From positions 2,272,001 through 2,336,000 of the forward strand of contig OY969811.1 in NCBI GenBank assembly GCA_963703315.1: a DNA stretch of 64,000 nucleotides, given 5' to 3'. The translations under genes were made by a program, and so were the position numbers. The notes under the pieces were generated by a model that worked only from the letters and a program-made list of their open reading frames with translations, made no database searches and was not told the DNA's origin. Origin of the DNA: an uncultured cyanobacterium. GTDB taxonomy: Bacteria > Cyanobacteriota > Cyanobacteriia > Pseudanabaenales > Pseudanabaenaceae. Shown here in pieces: positions 38,466 through 49,244 of the stretch. Each line of letters opens with the position of its first letter. Position 1 is the first letter of the stretch.

Positions 38466-39367
38466 GAACCCATTTGATATCTTAAGAAGTAGCGGCAAGA
38501 CGCTTAAGCATAAGCCTGATAAAGCATAACTTGAGTCTAGCATTGGCATTGACCAGAGTTCTGTCAAAGTTTTTAACAAGGCTTTTACATCTCTCCACCC
38601 AAGCATTGCTTCTTTCCACAATCCAACGCATAGGAATAACAACGAAACCAGATATTCCTTGAGATTTCTTTTCATGCTTAGACATTTTCGGTGCAACCTT
38701 AAACCTAATCTTGGTCATAATCTGAGAGTAAATCTTTTCTAATTCTTTAGTTAAATATTCAGGATTGTAGCCGTGATCTACCATGACTGTGATCTTAGGA
38801 ATGTTGACGGGTTTGGCTTTGAAGTAATCTATGTTTGCCTCAAACATCTCAATCAAGCCCATGTCATCAGACACACTAGCTTTGGTGCAATGAGTAAAGA
38901 AAGGAAAACCAAGCGAATCAATACCCAAATGTCGTTTGATGCCGTTAGTAGCTTTGTAGAAGCAGAAACCTTTGGAATCAACACTTGCATTACAAGTATT
39001 TTTTGTAGCTTGTGAATCAACAATAATTAAGGTTGTCCACTTAGGCTTTTTTTTTACTTGTTCTCTTGTCTGCGCGTGTAATTGTTCGCTAATTGTATCT
39101 AGGACTCTTGCTTCGCGCCATTGCTTGTAGTACCAATACACTGTGGAGTAAGGCGGTAGATCTTTGGGTAAGTCTGCCCAATTGCATCCATTCTTCAGTT
39201 GGTAGAATATTCCATTGAGTATTTCGCGTTTTGTCCATTCTGGTGGTCTTGTCTTCTTTTTCTTTGGTAATAGAGGTTCTATGATCTCCCACTCTTTATC
39301 GCTTAAGTCTGTTGTATATCCCATCTTTTAGCCGTTTTTACTTTATTATAAGATATCAAATGGGTTC
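38466..39367 (-). mobile_element. IS5-family insertion sequence, 902 bp
   Basis: Perfect 19-bp inverted repeats GAACCCATTTGATATCTTA / TAAGATATCAAATGGGTTC; TATA duplicated at 38462-38465 and 39368-39371. Confidence 0.93.
38482..39324 (-). CDS. IS5-family transposase
   Basis: YTTDLSDKEW, GCNWADLPKDLPPYSTVY, IVDSQ, VDHGY, RWIVERSNAW. Confidence 0.93.
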   Translation of the reverse strand: MGYTTDLSDKEWEIIEPLLPKKKKTRPPEWTKREILNGIFYQLKNGCNWADLPKDLPPYSTVYWYYKQWREARVLDTISEQLHAQTREQVKKKPKWTTLIIVDSQATKNTCNASVDSKGFCFYKATNGIKRHLGIDSLGFPFFTHCTKASVSDDMGLIEMFEANIDYFKAKPVNIPKITVMVDHGYNPEYLTKELEKIYSQIMTKIRFKVAPKMSKHEKKSQGISGFVVIPMRWIVERSNAWVERCKSLVKNFDRTLVNANARLKLCFIRLMLKRLAATS

Positions 39368-39384
39368 TATATTATGTAAAGAAA

Positions 39385-39985
39385 TTGCCACCCCACTCCG
39401 ATTGCCCATTTCTTCTTCGATTTCGAGAGATTGCTGTTGATAGGACATCGCTTTTGCATACTGCCCCAAGGAATCATAACAAATGCCTAAATTGCCTAGA
39501 GAACCTGCCAACCCTTGCCGATAGCCGATTTCTTCATTGATGTCGCGTTGTTGCTGGAGATAGGTGATCGCTTTTTCATACTGCCCCAAGTTTCTATAAC
39601 AAAGTCCTAAATTGCCTAGAGAACTTGCTACCCCTCGCCGATTGCCGATTTCTTTACTGATTTCGAGAGATTGCTGGTGATAGATGATCGCTTTTTCATA
39701 CTGCCCCAAGGAATTGTAACAAAGTCCTAAATTGCCTAGAGATCCTGCCATCCCTTGCCGATTGCCCATTTCTTCTTCGATTTCGAGAGATTGCTGTTGA
39801 TAGGTGATCGCTTTTTTATACTGCCCCAAGGAATAATAACAATTGCCTAAACCACCTAGAGGATTTGCTATCCGCCGCCGATCGCCGATTTCTTCACTGA
39901 TTGCGAGAGATTGCTCGTAGAGGGCGATCGCTTTTTCATACTGACTCAAGCGATAGTAACAACCACCCAGACGGTTTAACGATTT
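39385..39985 (-). repeat. Tandem 120-bp TPR-coding repeats (~5 units)
   Basis: Related segments recur at 39421, 39541, 39661, 39781 and 39901; protein unit GNLG.CY.SLGQY.KAI.YQQQSLEI. Confidence 0.85.
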
Positions 39986-41754
39986 GCAATGACAATCTTG
40001 TTCGCGTTGACTCCCCGCAAACACCTGCTTATATAACTGCGCGTTCTGACGATAAAACCCTTGTAAATTCAAAAAGTCATTAACCGATTTATTTTTCCCT
40101 TCTCCCCCTCTTTCCTCATCCAAAATATCGTAGGCTAACTGCCATTCTCCCAATTCCCCTGCATGGTAAAACCCCTCCAAATACGCCGTCAAATCCTCCA
40201 ACGATTCCCAAGGTGGCGCAGGTAAATGTGCCAAAAAATAATCCAACGCAGCCTGATGCGCCGATCGCAACAACTCAGAATCCGCTTGCTGTTGCACCAC
40301 CATCGAAATTAAAGGCAAAAACTGAAACCGTCGCGGGTTTCCCTTGAGCGGTTCGGGGGGAAACTCCTGCAATAACGACAAACAGGCTAAATCCCGTAAC
40401 TCTGCATCCGTTACCTCGGCTGTTAACCCCTGAGCTAACCCTAGATCAAAAATCCCTCGCAATACCGATAACCGCTTTAAAATATCCCCTAACTTTGCCG
40501 ATAATCGCGCCAAACTCGCCGCTACCACTTCCTTGACACAGGTTTCCGTAACACGACGGTGATAACCCTTTACCGTAAACAAATCTAAGCCCAAATTTTC
40601 CGCCTCTGTCACACAAATCCCTTTCCCCAACTCCTTCCGCATCCAACTCGATACCAGTTGCATCAAGAGAGGATGCCGATCCATGCGGTTGACAAAATTG
40701 GCTAATTCCTGCTGCGTTCCCGTTAATCCATAGTCTTCCGTCACCAAACGCATCGCATCGGCTTCTGCTAACCCCTTTAGGGCTAACCAATAACAACGCG
40801 GCTGCAAATTGGCGCTAAACACTGGCTGTTCCCGACTGGTGAGCAGTAGCTTACTGTTACTCCCATTCCCTAACCATTGACTCAAAAATTGAGCATGAAC
40901 CGTCTTCCCTTCTGCTGGTATTACCGCTTCCATATTGTCCAACACCAACAAATAAGGCTCAGCGATTAACCCTTCGACGATCTGCCCAATTAACGTCTCC
41001 TCGTTCCATTTTTCATCATAATCTCGTCCTAACTGCTCCAATAACCAGCGCCCAAATTGCGCCAAGGGATAAGGCTGAATAAAACTAACCCACAACACCC
41101 GCCAATCAGGGGTTAACTGCTCTTTGAACTTCACCGCTAAAGCCGATTTACCATAGCCTCCTGCGGCGGTGATCCCGATTAAGCGTACTTTGTCATTGCT
41201 TAGGGCAGTTTGGAGTTCCTTGATTTCATCCTGTCGTCCCTGCCATTCATCCACAGGCGGCGGTGTCGTATTCAGAGTTGCGGCGATCGCCACAGTTTGA
41301 GAAGTTTGACGAGACTTAGCGGGATTCCATTCATTGGGATCAACAATCTCCGTGACCTCTAAACCCAAAGCAGCACAAATCGCTAGGACGTAATCTCGAT
41401 CAATGCCTTTACCATCAAAAAATCGTCTTACGGTTCTCGGATCGACTGAAGCTTGAGCATTCTGAGAAATGCGATCGGCAATACCTTCAAAGGTCAAACG
41501 AGTTCCATCCGCTTCGCCAGCCGCCTTAACCTCACGAAGTTTTTGCAGTCCCGCAACCGTTGCGGCGATCCCTCTAGTGCGCTGTGTAGGCATGACTCAA
41601 CCAAGTTTTGCTGACAGTGTTGATTTAGTTTAACTCAATTCTAAAGAGGACAGAAAAGGCAGTTAAGAAAATTTTGCTATCTGCCTTAACCCGTCTGGAG
41701 GTTTCATGTCATTTTTTCGATGATGGCATTGTCAACTTTATAGAGAACTTCCCC

Positions 41755-41979
41755 ATGACTCCCTTACAACGATTTCTTAAGTTCGTAATCATTGCCAACC
41801 TCTTGTTATTCCCGCCAACACAGAGACGAGCTTTCTTCCAACGATTTCTTAAGCTCGTAATCATTGCCAACACATTACTGCATCTTTTCTCCTCCATCGG
41901 TTTAAAACTCGATTTAGCCCATTCTTTTAAAGAATCTCCTCTTGTACCACCTAGTCAAACCTGCACCAAGCAACCCTAA
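41755..41979 (+). CDS. Small hypothetical protein with internal duplication, divergent from the STAND gene
   Basis: ATG at 41755; QRFLK(F/L)VIIAN occurs twice; a hairpin at ~41985-42047 follows. Confidence 0.4.
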   Translation: MTPLQRFLKFVIIANLLLFPPTQRRAFFQRFLKLVIIANTLLHLFSSIGLKLDLAHSFKESPLVPPSQTCTKQP

Positions 41980-42080
41980 CTAGAAAGATCGCCGACTTTT
42001 TTAGGTAAGCAAAGACAGCTTGCAAATTTACAAAAAGTCGGCGATCTTAACCTTTACTTTTTAACTTTTCCTATGCCTAC

Positions 42081-44231
42081 CTACTTAGATTGTTTTAATG
42101 GAATCTCAATCGTAAATTCTGTACCCTTATCAACTTCCGAAGTAAAAGATAACTTACCACCATGATTTTCGGTGATAATTTGGTAGGCGATCGATAGACC
42201 TAAACCTGTTCCCTTGCCTACTGGCTTAGTAGTAAAAAACAGGTCAAATAAGCGATGATGTAATTCTTTAGGGATACCTTTGCCACTATCAGAAATTCTC
42301 ACAACTAAGCGATCGCCTATAGTAACTTCAGTCTGAATCAGAATTTTAGAAACTTTCCCATCTTTTCTAATCCATTGAGGCTGATCGTTAACTAACTGCC
42401 AAGTTCCATTTGCTACAGCTTCTTCTTCTAGAACATCGATCGCATTGGTGAGTAGATTCATAAACACTTGATTTATCTGTCCCGCATGACATTCTACTTG
42501 AGGTAGCTCCCCATACACTTTCTCAATTTCAATTTCAGGACGATTAGAATTAGACTTAAGCCGATTTTGCAAAATCATTAAAGTGCTGTCAATTCCTTCA
42601 TGAATATCGACATACTTGCATCCTGCTTCATCACTGCGCGAAAAGTTATTCAGAGATTGCACAATTTTTTGAATCCGTTCTGCACCAAGACGGATTGAAC
42701 CAACGAGCTTCACAAAATCCTTAGCAAGAAAATCAATATCACTCTCTTCTAGCTTTTGTTGTACCGCCTCGACAGGATTGGGATAATGAGTCCGATAGAC
42801 TTCCACAAGCTCTAATAACTCTTTTGTATAAGTATCAGCATAGGAGAGATTTCCATAGATAAAATTCACAGGATTATTAATTTCGTGAGCGATCCCTGCC
42901 ACTAGTTGCCCCAGTCCAGACATTTTTTCTGCCTGAATTAGTTGTGATTGTGTGTTTTTAAGCTCTTGCAATGCTTGTTCTAGCTGTTCTGCCTGTAGAC
43001 GATATTTCTCTTCAGAGGCTCGGATGAGAGATTCAGCAGCAAGGCGCTTTGTAATATCACGTAAACTCCACACGCGACCTGCATAGCTATTCAAAATATT
43101 TTGTGGTTGCGAATAACATTCCAGAGTTCTGCCATCATCTAATTCCACAATTTCAAAGCTATTTTGGTCATTACCTAGCTCTTTGCCAAAATTATAGAGA
43201 TGCTTCGCAGAAGTGATTTTGGCAACGACATATTTAAGAATATCGACATCATGATGAGAGGTGAAAATGCGATCAGGAATCCGCCAAATATCCACAAATT
43301 TTTGGTTACAGATAATGATGTTGCCGATCGCATCTAGTACTAAAATTCCATCCGCAGTTGCCTCAAGGGTTGCCCCTAATGCCGCAAAACTTTTATTAAT
43401 TTCTTCCTCAGCAGCTTTGCGATCGCGAAGATTAGTACAAACGTAAGTTGTACCAACGACTTCCCCCGATGGACTTTTAACAGGATTTACTCGCAAAGAA
43501 ATGGGAATATGCTGCTTGTCGCGATCGCGCATTTCCAGTTCACTCGACCAAGTACCACCATGCATAACTGCGGCATGAATCACTTGAGCAGTTTGTCTAT
43601 CTGCAAATAAAGACTGAAAACCTGTCGTTTTTTGTAAATCCGATAAACTATAGGCAAACAAATCGTTAAAAGCAAGATTGATATAAATTGGTTGCCCTGT
43701 ATTGTCGGTAATACAGATGGCATCATTAGCACTTTCAATCGCTGTACCAATTTTAGTAAAAGCATCTTCTAGATATTGGCGCTCAGCGATTTCTTCGTCT
43801 AACTGACTCTGGAGTATTTGGGATTGAGTATTAGAAATAGCATGACTTGCGACAATGATGCCACCAGCCGAACCATCATCGCTATACCAAGGCTGGACAT
43901 CCCATTGAAAGATTTGTGTAGCCTTACCCCGTATGGCAATCTCAATCTCAGTTGAGTAATGCATTTGTCCACCACTGAGACAGCGTTCTAAGCCTTGTTT
44001 CTGAGCGATCGCCTGTGGTAAAAAGTCATAAAGATTTGTGCCAATCAACTTCAGGCGAGGGATTCCGAGCATCTTCACCCAAGGCTGACTCACTAGGATG
44101 TAATGTAAATCGCGATCAAACATCGCGATCGGGACAGGACAAAACTCAACAAACCACCGCAGATATTTTTCTGCGTGGTTAGCACGGTTTAAAATTGATT
44201 CCCACTGGGCTTTTGGATTAGCTCTTGCCAT
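42081..44231 (-). CDS. Multi-PAS sensor histidine kinase
   Basis: Three PAS-like domains, AGIAHEINNPVNF H-box, QVFMNLLTNA, DSGKGI, FFTTKPVGKGTGLGL. Confidence 0.93.
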   Translation of the reverse strand: MARANPKAQWESILNRANHAEKYLRWFVEFCPVPIAMFDRDLHYILVSQPWVKMLGIPRLKLIGTNLYDFLPQAIAQKQGLERCLSGGQMHYSTEIEIAIRGKATQIFQWDVQPWYSDDGSAGGIIVASHAISNTQSQILQSQLDEEIAERQYLEDAFTKIGTAIESANDAICITDNTGQPIYINLAFNDLFAYSLSDLQKTTGFQSLFADRQTAQVIHAAVMHGGTWSSELEMRDRDKQHIPISLRVNPVKSPSGEVVGTTYVCTNLRDRKAAEEEINKSFAALGATLEATADGILVLDAIGNIIICNQKFVDIWRIPDRIFTSHHDVDILKYVVAKITSAKHLYNFGKELGNDQNSFEIVELDDGRTLECYSQPQNILNSYAGRVWSLRDITKRLAAESLIRASEEKYRLQAEQLEQALQELKNTQSQLIQAEKMSGLGQLVAGIAHEINNPVNFIYGNLSYADTYTKELLELVEVYRTHYPNPVEAVQQKLEESDIDFLAKDFVKLVGSIRLGAERIQKIVQSLNNFSRSDEAGCKYVDIHEGIDSTLMILQNRLKSNSNRPEIEIEKVYGELPQVECHAGQINQVFMNLLTNAIDVLEEEAVANGTWQLVNDQPQWIRKDGKVSKILIQTEVTIGDRLVVRISDSGKGIPKELHHRLFDLFFTTKPVGKGTGLGLSIAYQIITENHGGKLSFTSEVDKGTEFTIEIPLKQSK

Positions 44232-44532
44232 CCTAACCTTACTATTTTCAGAGTTTTGTCTTTAAAATTGTAGCGGTTTACAAAATTTTAGAGTGTGTCA
44301 TCTGAACCATAATTAGAACAAAAATGAATCATCACGTCTATATAGCGCTTTTCACAATCCCATACTTCACTAGACTGTGAAAAGCTATATAATTACCTCT
44401 TTATAAGCGGCAATAGCATCAATTGGGTAAAGATGATGGGTTACGCGATCACTAACCCATCCTACATTTAATTCCAACAACCTACTTAGCACTACCCAAA
44501 ATATAAATCTGAAGCGTACAAAGGAATAGGAG

Positions 44533-45330
44533 ATGTTGTTTAAAAAGTTTATAAATCGTTCATCACAAAAGCAAACTTTCAATGTAATGCTACTGACAGC
44601 AACCATTACACCTCCTGCTGGTGTCCCTCTTTTAGCAAGATATGATCCCAAAACTCGATTGCAGGATTATGAGGAAGCACTTCAGTTTTATCTTCAATTT
44701 ATCAATAAGGGTATTGATGCGATCGTATTTGCTGAAAACTCCAATTCAGATATATCCACCTTGCAAAATATTGTTGATCAAGCAGGACTGCAAGACCAAG
44801 TAGAGTTTTTAGTATTTGATGGACTAGATTATCCAGCCAGTTATGGTCGAGCTTATGGAGAATTTAAACTGATTGATTATGCTATGGCTCATTCCCAAAC
44901 TATTAGCCAGCATCAAGAGAACCTGTTAGTTTGGAAAATAACTGGAAGATATATCATTAAAAACTTTGCCAAAATTTTATCCCGTAAACCCAAAAACATT
45001 GATCTATACGTTAATTCTCGCAAAATTCCCAAACCCTGGGCAGATATGTATCTATTGGTATGGACGTTAAAAGCTTATGAAACTTTCTTGGTAAAAATTC
45101 GCAACGAAATGATTGCCGAACCTACTTTGCAATTTCAACCTGAGCAGGCTTTTAGCAAATTATTAGAACAACCTTTAGTCCATCTAAAGATCAAAAAAAG
45201 ATTTAATGTTACTCCCTTAATTGATGGAGCCAGAGGTTCAGATAATCAGAATTATTCTAAAGGTAAAAATTTACGAAAATACTATATTCGGAGTATCGCC
45301 AGTAAACTTTTACCTTGGTTATGGATTTAA
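44533..45330 (+). CDS. Hypothetical protein, probably polysaccharide-biosynthesis associated
   Basis: 265-aa ATG ORF with RBS (AGGAG); LLTATITP, FAENS, YGE, KITGRY motifs; next to glycosyltransferases. Confidence 0.7.
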   Translation: MLFKKFINRSSQKQTFNVMLLTATITPPAGVPLLARYDPKTRLQDYEEALQFYLQFINKGIDAIVFAENSNSDISTLQNIVDQAGLQDQVEFLVFDGLDYPASYGRAYGEFKLIDYAMAHSQTISQHQENLLVWKITGRYIIKNFAKILSRKPKNIDLYVNSRKIPKPWADMYLLVWTLKAYETFLVKIRNEMIAEPTLQFQPEQAFSKLLEQPLVHLKIKKRFNVTPLIDGARGSDNQNYSKGKNLRKYYIRSIASKLLPWLWI

Positions 45331-46520
45331 TATATTGCCTCTTCATAAGCAGCAATAGTATTTAAGGTCATGGTTTCCAACGTAAATTTTTGGTCAGATG
45401 ATGCAATAGCATTTGCACTCATACGCGATCGCAAATCAGGATTTGTAGCTAGATTTAGTAACTTAGATGCAAGCGACTCTAGATCATTAAAAGGAATAAT
45501 GAAACCATTGCTACCATCCTCGATTTGATCATAAGCTCCAGCCGCAGGTGTACGAATTGGCACAACTCCACAAGCCATTGACTCCACAATAACTAAGCCA
45601 AATCCTTCAGCTTGACTTGGCAAAACAATAACATCTGAAGCCCAGTAAACATCACGAGGTTCGTTGACATATCCTAAAAATAAAAATCTATTGGCAGTAT
45701 TGTTATTGTCTAATGCATATTGTTCTATTTCTTGCCTTTGGTCACCAGAACCCGCAAACATACATTTAAACAAATAATTTTGGTGCTGATCAGAAATTTT
45801 ATTAACTGCGTCAATTAACAGTTTATGACCTTTATCCCATTGCATTCTACCCACCAAAGTGATCACAAAATCTTTGGCAGATAAACCAAATCTATCTCTT
45901 GCTTTTTGTCTTTCTTCATCTTGGGGAGAACGAAAATAGGTAGAATCAATACCATTGAAAATTTTCTTGATTTTATGATTAGCAATACCAATATCTTGAA
46001 TTAGCCATTGTTCAATATCTGAAGAAATAGCAATAAAAAACTGAGGAGAAAAAACCTTGAGATAGTTTCGTAAAAATGATTTTCTAAGTATCATTTTTGG
46101 GTCTTCTAAAGATTTTTCTAAATGGATAGACTTTAGAAGATGAAATGTGGCAACACATTTAATACCTGTAATTATTTTAAAAAGCATTACCGAAAAAAGC
46201 ATGGAATAACCATGAGCATGAAAAACTTGGATTCCATATTTTCTAATTGCCTTTAATATTTTTGATATACTTGCCAAAGTTGGGAATATGCGATTCACAG
46301 TATCAAAGATTATCCATTCTTCTGATAATGATTTTAATGACTCAAAACGTTTTACTGAAGAATCATCAAAACTCACTTTACCTGTTATCAAAACTACTTT
46401 CCAACCAGAATTTTTTAACCCGCGTATTAGAGTTTCACAATGTGAGGCAATTCCATCATTACAGTCAACTCGATTGAGCAGAAACCCTACAGTTTTATGT
46501 ATTTTCACACGATTGTCCAT
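45327..46520 (-). CDS. Glycosyltransferase family 4
   Basis: IFNGID, VGRMQWDKGH, EGFGLVIVESMACG. Confidence 0.9.
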   Translation of the reverse strand: MDNRVKIHKTVGFLLNRVDCNDGIASHCETLIRGLKNSGWKVVLITGKVSFDDSSVKRFESLKSLSEEWIIFDTVNRIFPTLASISKILKAIRKYGIQVFHAHGYSMLFSVMLFKIITGIKCVATFHLLKSIHLEKSLEDPKMILRKSFLRNYLKVFSPQFFIAISSDIEQWLIQDIGIANHKIKKIFNGIDSTYFRSPQDEERQKARDRFGLSAKDFVITLVGRMQWDKGHKLLIDAVNKISDQHQNYLFKCMFAGSGDQRQEIEQYALDNNNTANRFLFLGYVNEPRDVYWASDVIVLPSQAEGFGLVIVESMACGVVPIRTPAAGAYDQIEDGSNGFIIPFNDLESLASKLLNLATNPDLRSRMSANAIASSDQKFTLETMTLNTIAAYEEAIY

Positions 46521-46577
46521 TTCAATTTATCTTGAAATCCAATTATATGGTTTAGTTGTTATATAAAAGTCTAAATT

Positions 46578-48023
46578 ATGAATCTTAAAGAACCATTACA
46601 ACCAATAAATGTAAAGAGAAAACCACAAAATACAGAAGCATGGTTTGTAATTGGCTTATTTGTTTTTTTTACGATTGTTTTACTGGTTGCTGGAGCGATC
46701 GGCAGTAAAGTATTAGGAATTGTATTTCCTTTAGGAGCTTTTGTTGTTAGTTGGTTTCTCTATTTTCGTTATCCATTTTTATATATTGGATTTGTATGGT
46801 GGCTAACATTTTTAACTCCTTTTGTGAGACGTTTAGCTGACTTTAGAGTAGGTGTATTTCTTGATTCTAGTACTATTTTACTTGCCCCTCCTTTAGCTAC
46901 ACTCATTGTAGGACATACAATGTACTTCAATTTGCCCAAGTCCAGACAGCAAGGCACAGTTCCTTTTGTCTTAGCATCAGCAAGTGTGATCTATGGTTAT
47001 TTTATAGGATTATTGAATCCGTCAGCTACATTTATTAAAGCGACGCTGAGTTTTTTAGGATGGATTACGCCGATCATGTTTGGATATCATTTATATGTTA
47101 ATTGGCGAAGATATCCTGAGTATAGCCAAGTAATTCAAAAAATATTTTTATGGGGAAGTTTAATTGTTGGTATCTATGGAATCTATCAATATGTAGTTGC
47201 TCCTGAGTGGGATAAACTATGGCTAGTAGGATCTGGGATGGATAGTAGTGCGGGAAGCCCTGTCCCCTACGGAATGCGAGTATGGAGTACGTTAAATTCT
47301 CCAGGTCCCTTTGCTGACATGATGGCAACGTCTTTGTTAGTACTATTTAGTTGCAAAAGCCCACTGGTTGCGCCAGCAGCAGTAGTAGGAGCATTGTCAT
47401 TTTTATTTAGTGCAGTTCGTACTGGCTGGCTAGGTTGGGTAGGAGGGATGATATTTTTTATCTCCTCTTTGAGGGCTAAGCAGCAAATGCGCTTAATTGT
47501 AGTACTTCTAATTGTATTTTTACTAGTTACTCCTTTAGCTACGATTGAGCCTTTTGCAACAAATATTACAACAAGGATTAACACATTAGGAAATATCCAA
47601 AATGACAATAGCGCTCAAGTTAGACAAGGAATTTATCAACGTTTTTTTAATAATGACATTTACAACCTTTTGGGTGATGGGCTAGGGGTAAATGGAACTG
47701 TAGATGCGGGTATTTTATCTCTTATTTTAGATTTAGGTTGGATTGGGACATTACCTTATTTAGGAAGTCTAGTATTAGGTGGTATTCTATTATTTAGAAA
47801 TCTAGGTAAATACTCTGACTTGTTTATTAATGTTTCTTGTGCAGTATTAATTAAGTCGATCGCCTTTTTCATTGCTGCCCGTGCCACCGCAGGTATTCAT
47901 GGAACGATAATTTGGATGTTTTTAAGTATGGGCTTAGCGGGACAACGTTATTTAAGTCATCAGCAAAGTATGAACACAGATATAACTAGACTATTAGAAG
48001 ATAATCTTAAAAAAGATCAATAA
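46578..48023 (+). CDS. O-antigen ligase/polymerase (Wzy-like) membrane protein
   Basis: More than 10 TM segments, RVWSTLNSPGPFA, VRTGWLG, GDGLG. Confidence 0.8.
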   Translation: MNLKEPLQPINVKRKPQNTEAWFVIGLFVFFTIVLLVAGAIGSKVLGIVFPLGAFVVSWFLYFRYPFLYIGFVWWLTFLTPFVRRLADFRVGVFLDSSTILLAPPLATLIVGHTMYFNLPKSRQQGTVPFVLASASVIYGYFIGLLNPSATFIKATLSFLGWITPIMFGYHLYVNWRRYPEYSQVIQKIFLWGSLIVGIYGIYQYVVAPEWDKLWLVGSGMDSSAGSPVPYGMRVWSTLNSPGPFADMMATSLLVLFSCKSPLVAPAAVVGALSFLFSAVRTGWLGWVGGMIFFISSLRAKQQMRLIVVLLIVFLLVTPLATIEPFATNITTRINTLGNIQNDNSAQVRQGIYQRFFNNDIYNLLGDGLGVNGTVDAGILSLILDLGWIGTLPYLGSLVLGGILLFRNLGKYSDLFINVSCAVLIKSIAFFIAARATAGIHGTIIWMFLSMGLAGQRYLSHQQSMNTDITRLLEDNLKKDQ

Positions 48024-48081
48024 ATTCCAGATTTTTGTGGCGCGGCGTAGCCGCGCCACAAAAATCTGGAATTTATTGATC
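48015..48081. repeat. Perfect 32-bp-arm palindrome overlapping the upstream stop codon
   Basis: GATCAATAAATTCCAGATTTTTGTGGCGCGGC-gta-GCCGCGCCACAAAAATCTGGAATTTATTGATC. Confidence 0.85.
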
Positions 48082-48104
48082 ATGAAATATATATAAAAAT
48101 AATT

Positions 48105-49238
48105 ATGAGACTATGCATTATAACTTCTAGTGTTAAAAAAGGGGATGGACAAGCAAGAGTAAACTATGAAATTACTAAAGCTGCTATCCAAAAAGGTCAT
48201 AGTGTTACATTAGTTGTTAGGCAACAGGTTGCTGATGATTTAAAAGATCATCAACTAATTAAATGTATTAATTTTTCTGTAGATAAGATACCAACTGATT
48301 TAATGCGTGAAGTTGTATTTACTCAACAGGTTAATCGTTGGTTAAAGTCTCATCATCATGAATTTGATATTGTGTTTGCCTGTGGAGCCGTAACCTCTCA
48401 ACAAACTGATATTAATGCAGTCCATTTTGTCCATGCTTCTTGGTTGCGATCGCCTGCCCATACATCTCGTTTGCGTAAAGATATTTATGGTGCTTATCAG
48501 TGGCTATACACGGTCTTGAATTCCTACTGGGAAAAAATAGCTTTTCGGCAAGCAAAAGTTGTAGTAGCAGTATCTGAACGTGTCAAACAAGAGTTAATTA
48601 CGATTGGTGTGCCATCTAGCAAAATTCAGGTGATTTTGAATGGTGTGGATGTAGATGAATTTGCGACTGCATTGGGCGATCGCCACAAGGTGGGACTACC
48701 TAAAGACGTAACCTTGGCTCTATTTGTAGGAGATATTCGTACTCCTAGAAAAAACTTAGATACGGTTTTAAAGGCTTTGGTGAAAGTGCCTGATTTACAT
48801 CTCGCAGTTGTAGGGGCGATCGCCAGAAGTCCCTATCCTGCATTAGCAGAGGATTTGGGATTAACTGAACGTGTGCATTTTCTAGGATATCGGCGTGATG
48901 TTGCAGAGATTATGAAGGCGGTAGATTTATTTGTTTTTCCATCTCGTTATGAAGCCTGTACTCTGGTTTTGTTAGAAGCAATGGCAACGGGAGTACCTGT
49001 GATTACTGCATTTACGACAGGTGGGGCGGAGATTGTTACGTCTGAATGTGGATTTGTGCTATCTGACACAGAGGATGTGGCGGCTTTAGCTGAGGCAATG
49101 ACTAAATTAACTAGCGATCGCCTTCTCAGAGAGAAAATGGGACAGGCTGCAAGGGCGATCGCTGAGCAGCATAGCTGGAAAAGTAAAGCTGAGCGTTATG
49201 TCGATCTCTTTGAAGAGTTATATCAAGAAAAAAGTTAA
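48105..49238 (+). CDS. Glycosyltransferase family 4
   Basis: GDGQARVNYE, ILNGVD, YEACTLVLLEAMATGVPVIT. Confidence 0.92.
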   Translation: MRLCIITSSVKKGDGQARVNYEITKAAIQKGHSVTLVVRQQVADDLKDHQLIKCINFSVDKIPTDLMREVVFTQQVNRWLKSHHHEFDIVFACGAVTSQQTDINAVHFVHASWLRSPAHTSRLRKDIYGAYQWLYTVLNSYWEKIAFRQAKVVVAVSERVKQELITIGVPSSKIQVILNGVDVDEFATALGDRHKVGLPKDVTLALFVGDIRTPRKNLDTVLKALVKVPDLHLAVVGAIARSPYPALAEDLGLTERVHFLGYRRDVAEIMKAVDLFVFPSRYEACTLVLLEAMATGVPVITAFTTGGAEIVTSECGFVLSDTEDVAALAEAMTKLTSDRLLREKMGQAARAIAEQHSWKSKAERYVDLFEELYQEKS

Positions 49239-49244
49239 ACTTCC

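Larger units (their letters stand above)
38195..41593 (-). pseudogene. HTH-NB-ARC-TPR (STAND) gene interrupted by an IS5 element
   Basis: N-terminal HTH-like region, Walker A GITAAGGYGKS, Walker B LLVLDNME, LLLTSRE, TPR repeats; removing the IS and one TATA copy rejoins SLHNI|GEALIEL in frame (830 aa). Confidence 0.88.

Noticed and set aside
38195..38473. Stand-alone 92-aa TPR protein
   Set aside because: It is the severed 3' end of the NB-ARC-TPR gene; its ATG comes from the IS inverted repeat
39385..39985. CRISPR-like periodic repeats
   Set aside because: 120-bp in-frame TPR-coding repeats with no unique spacers
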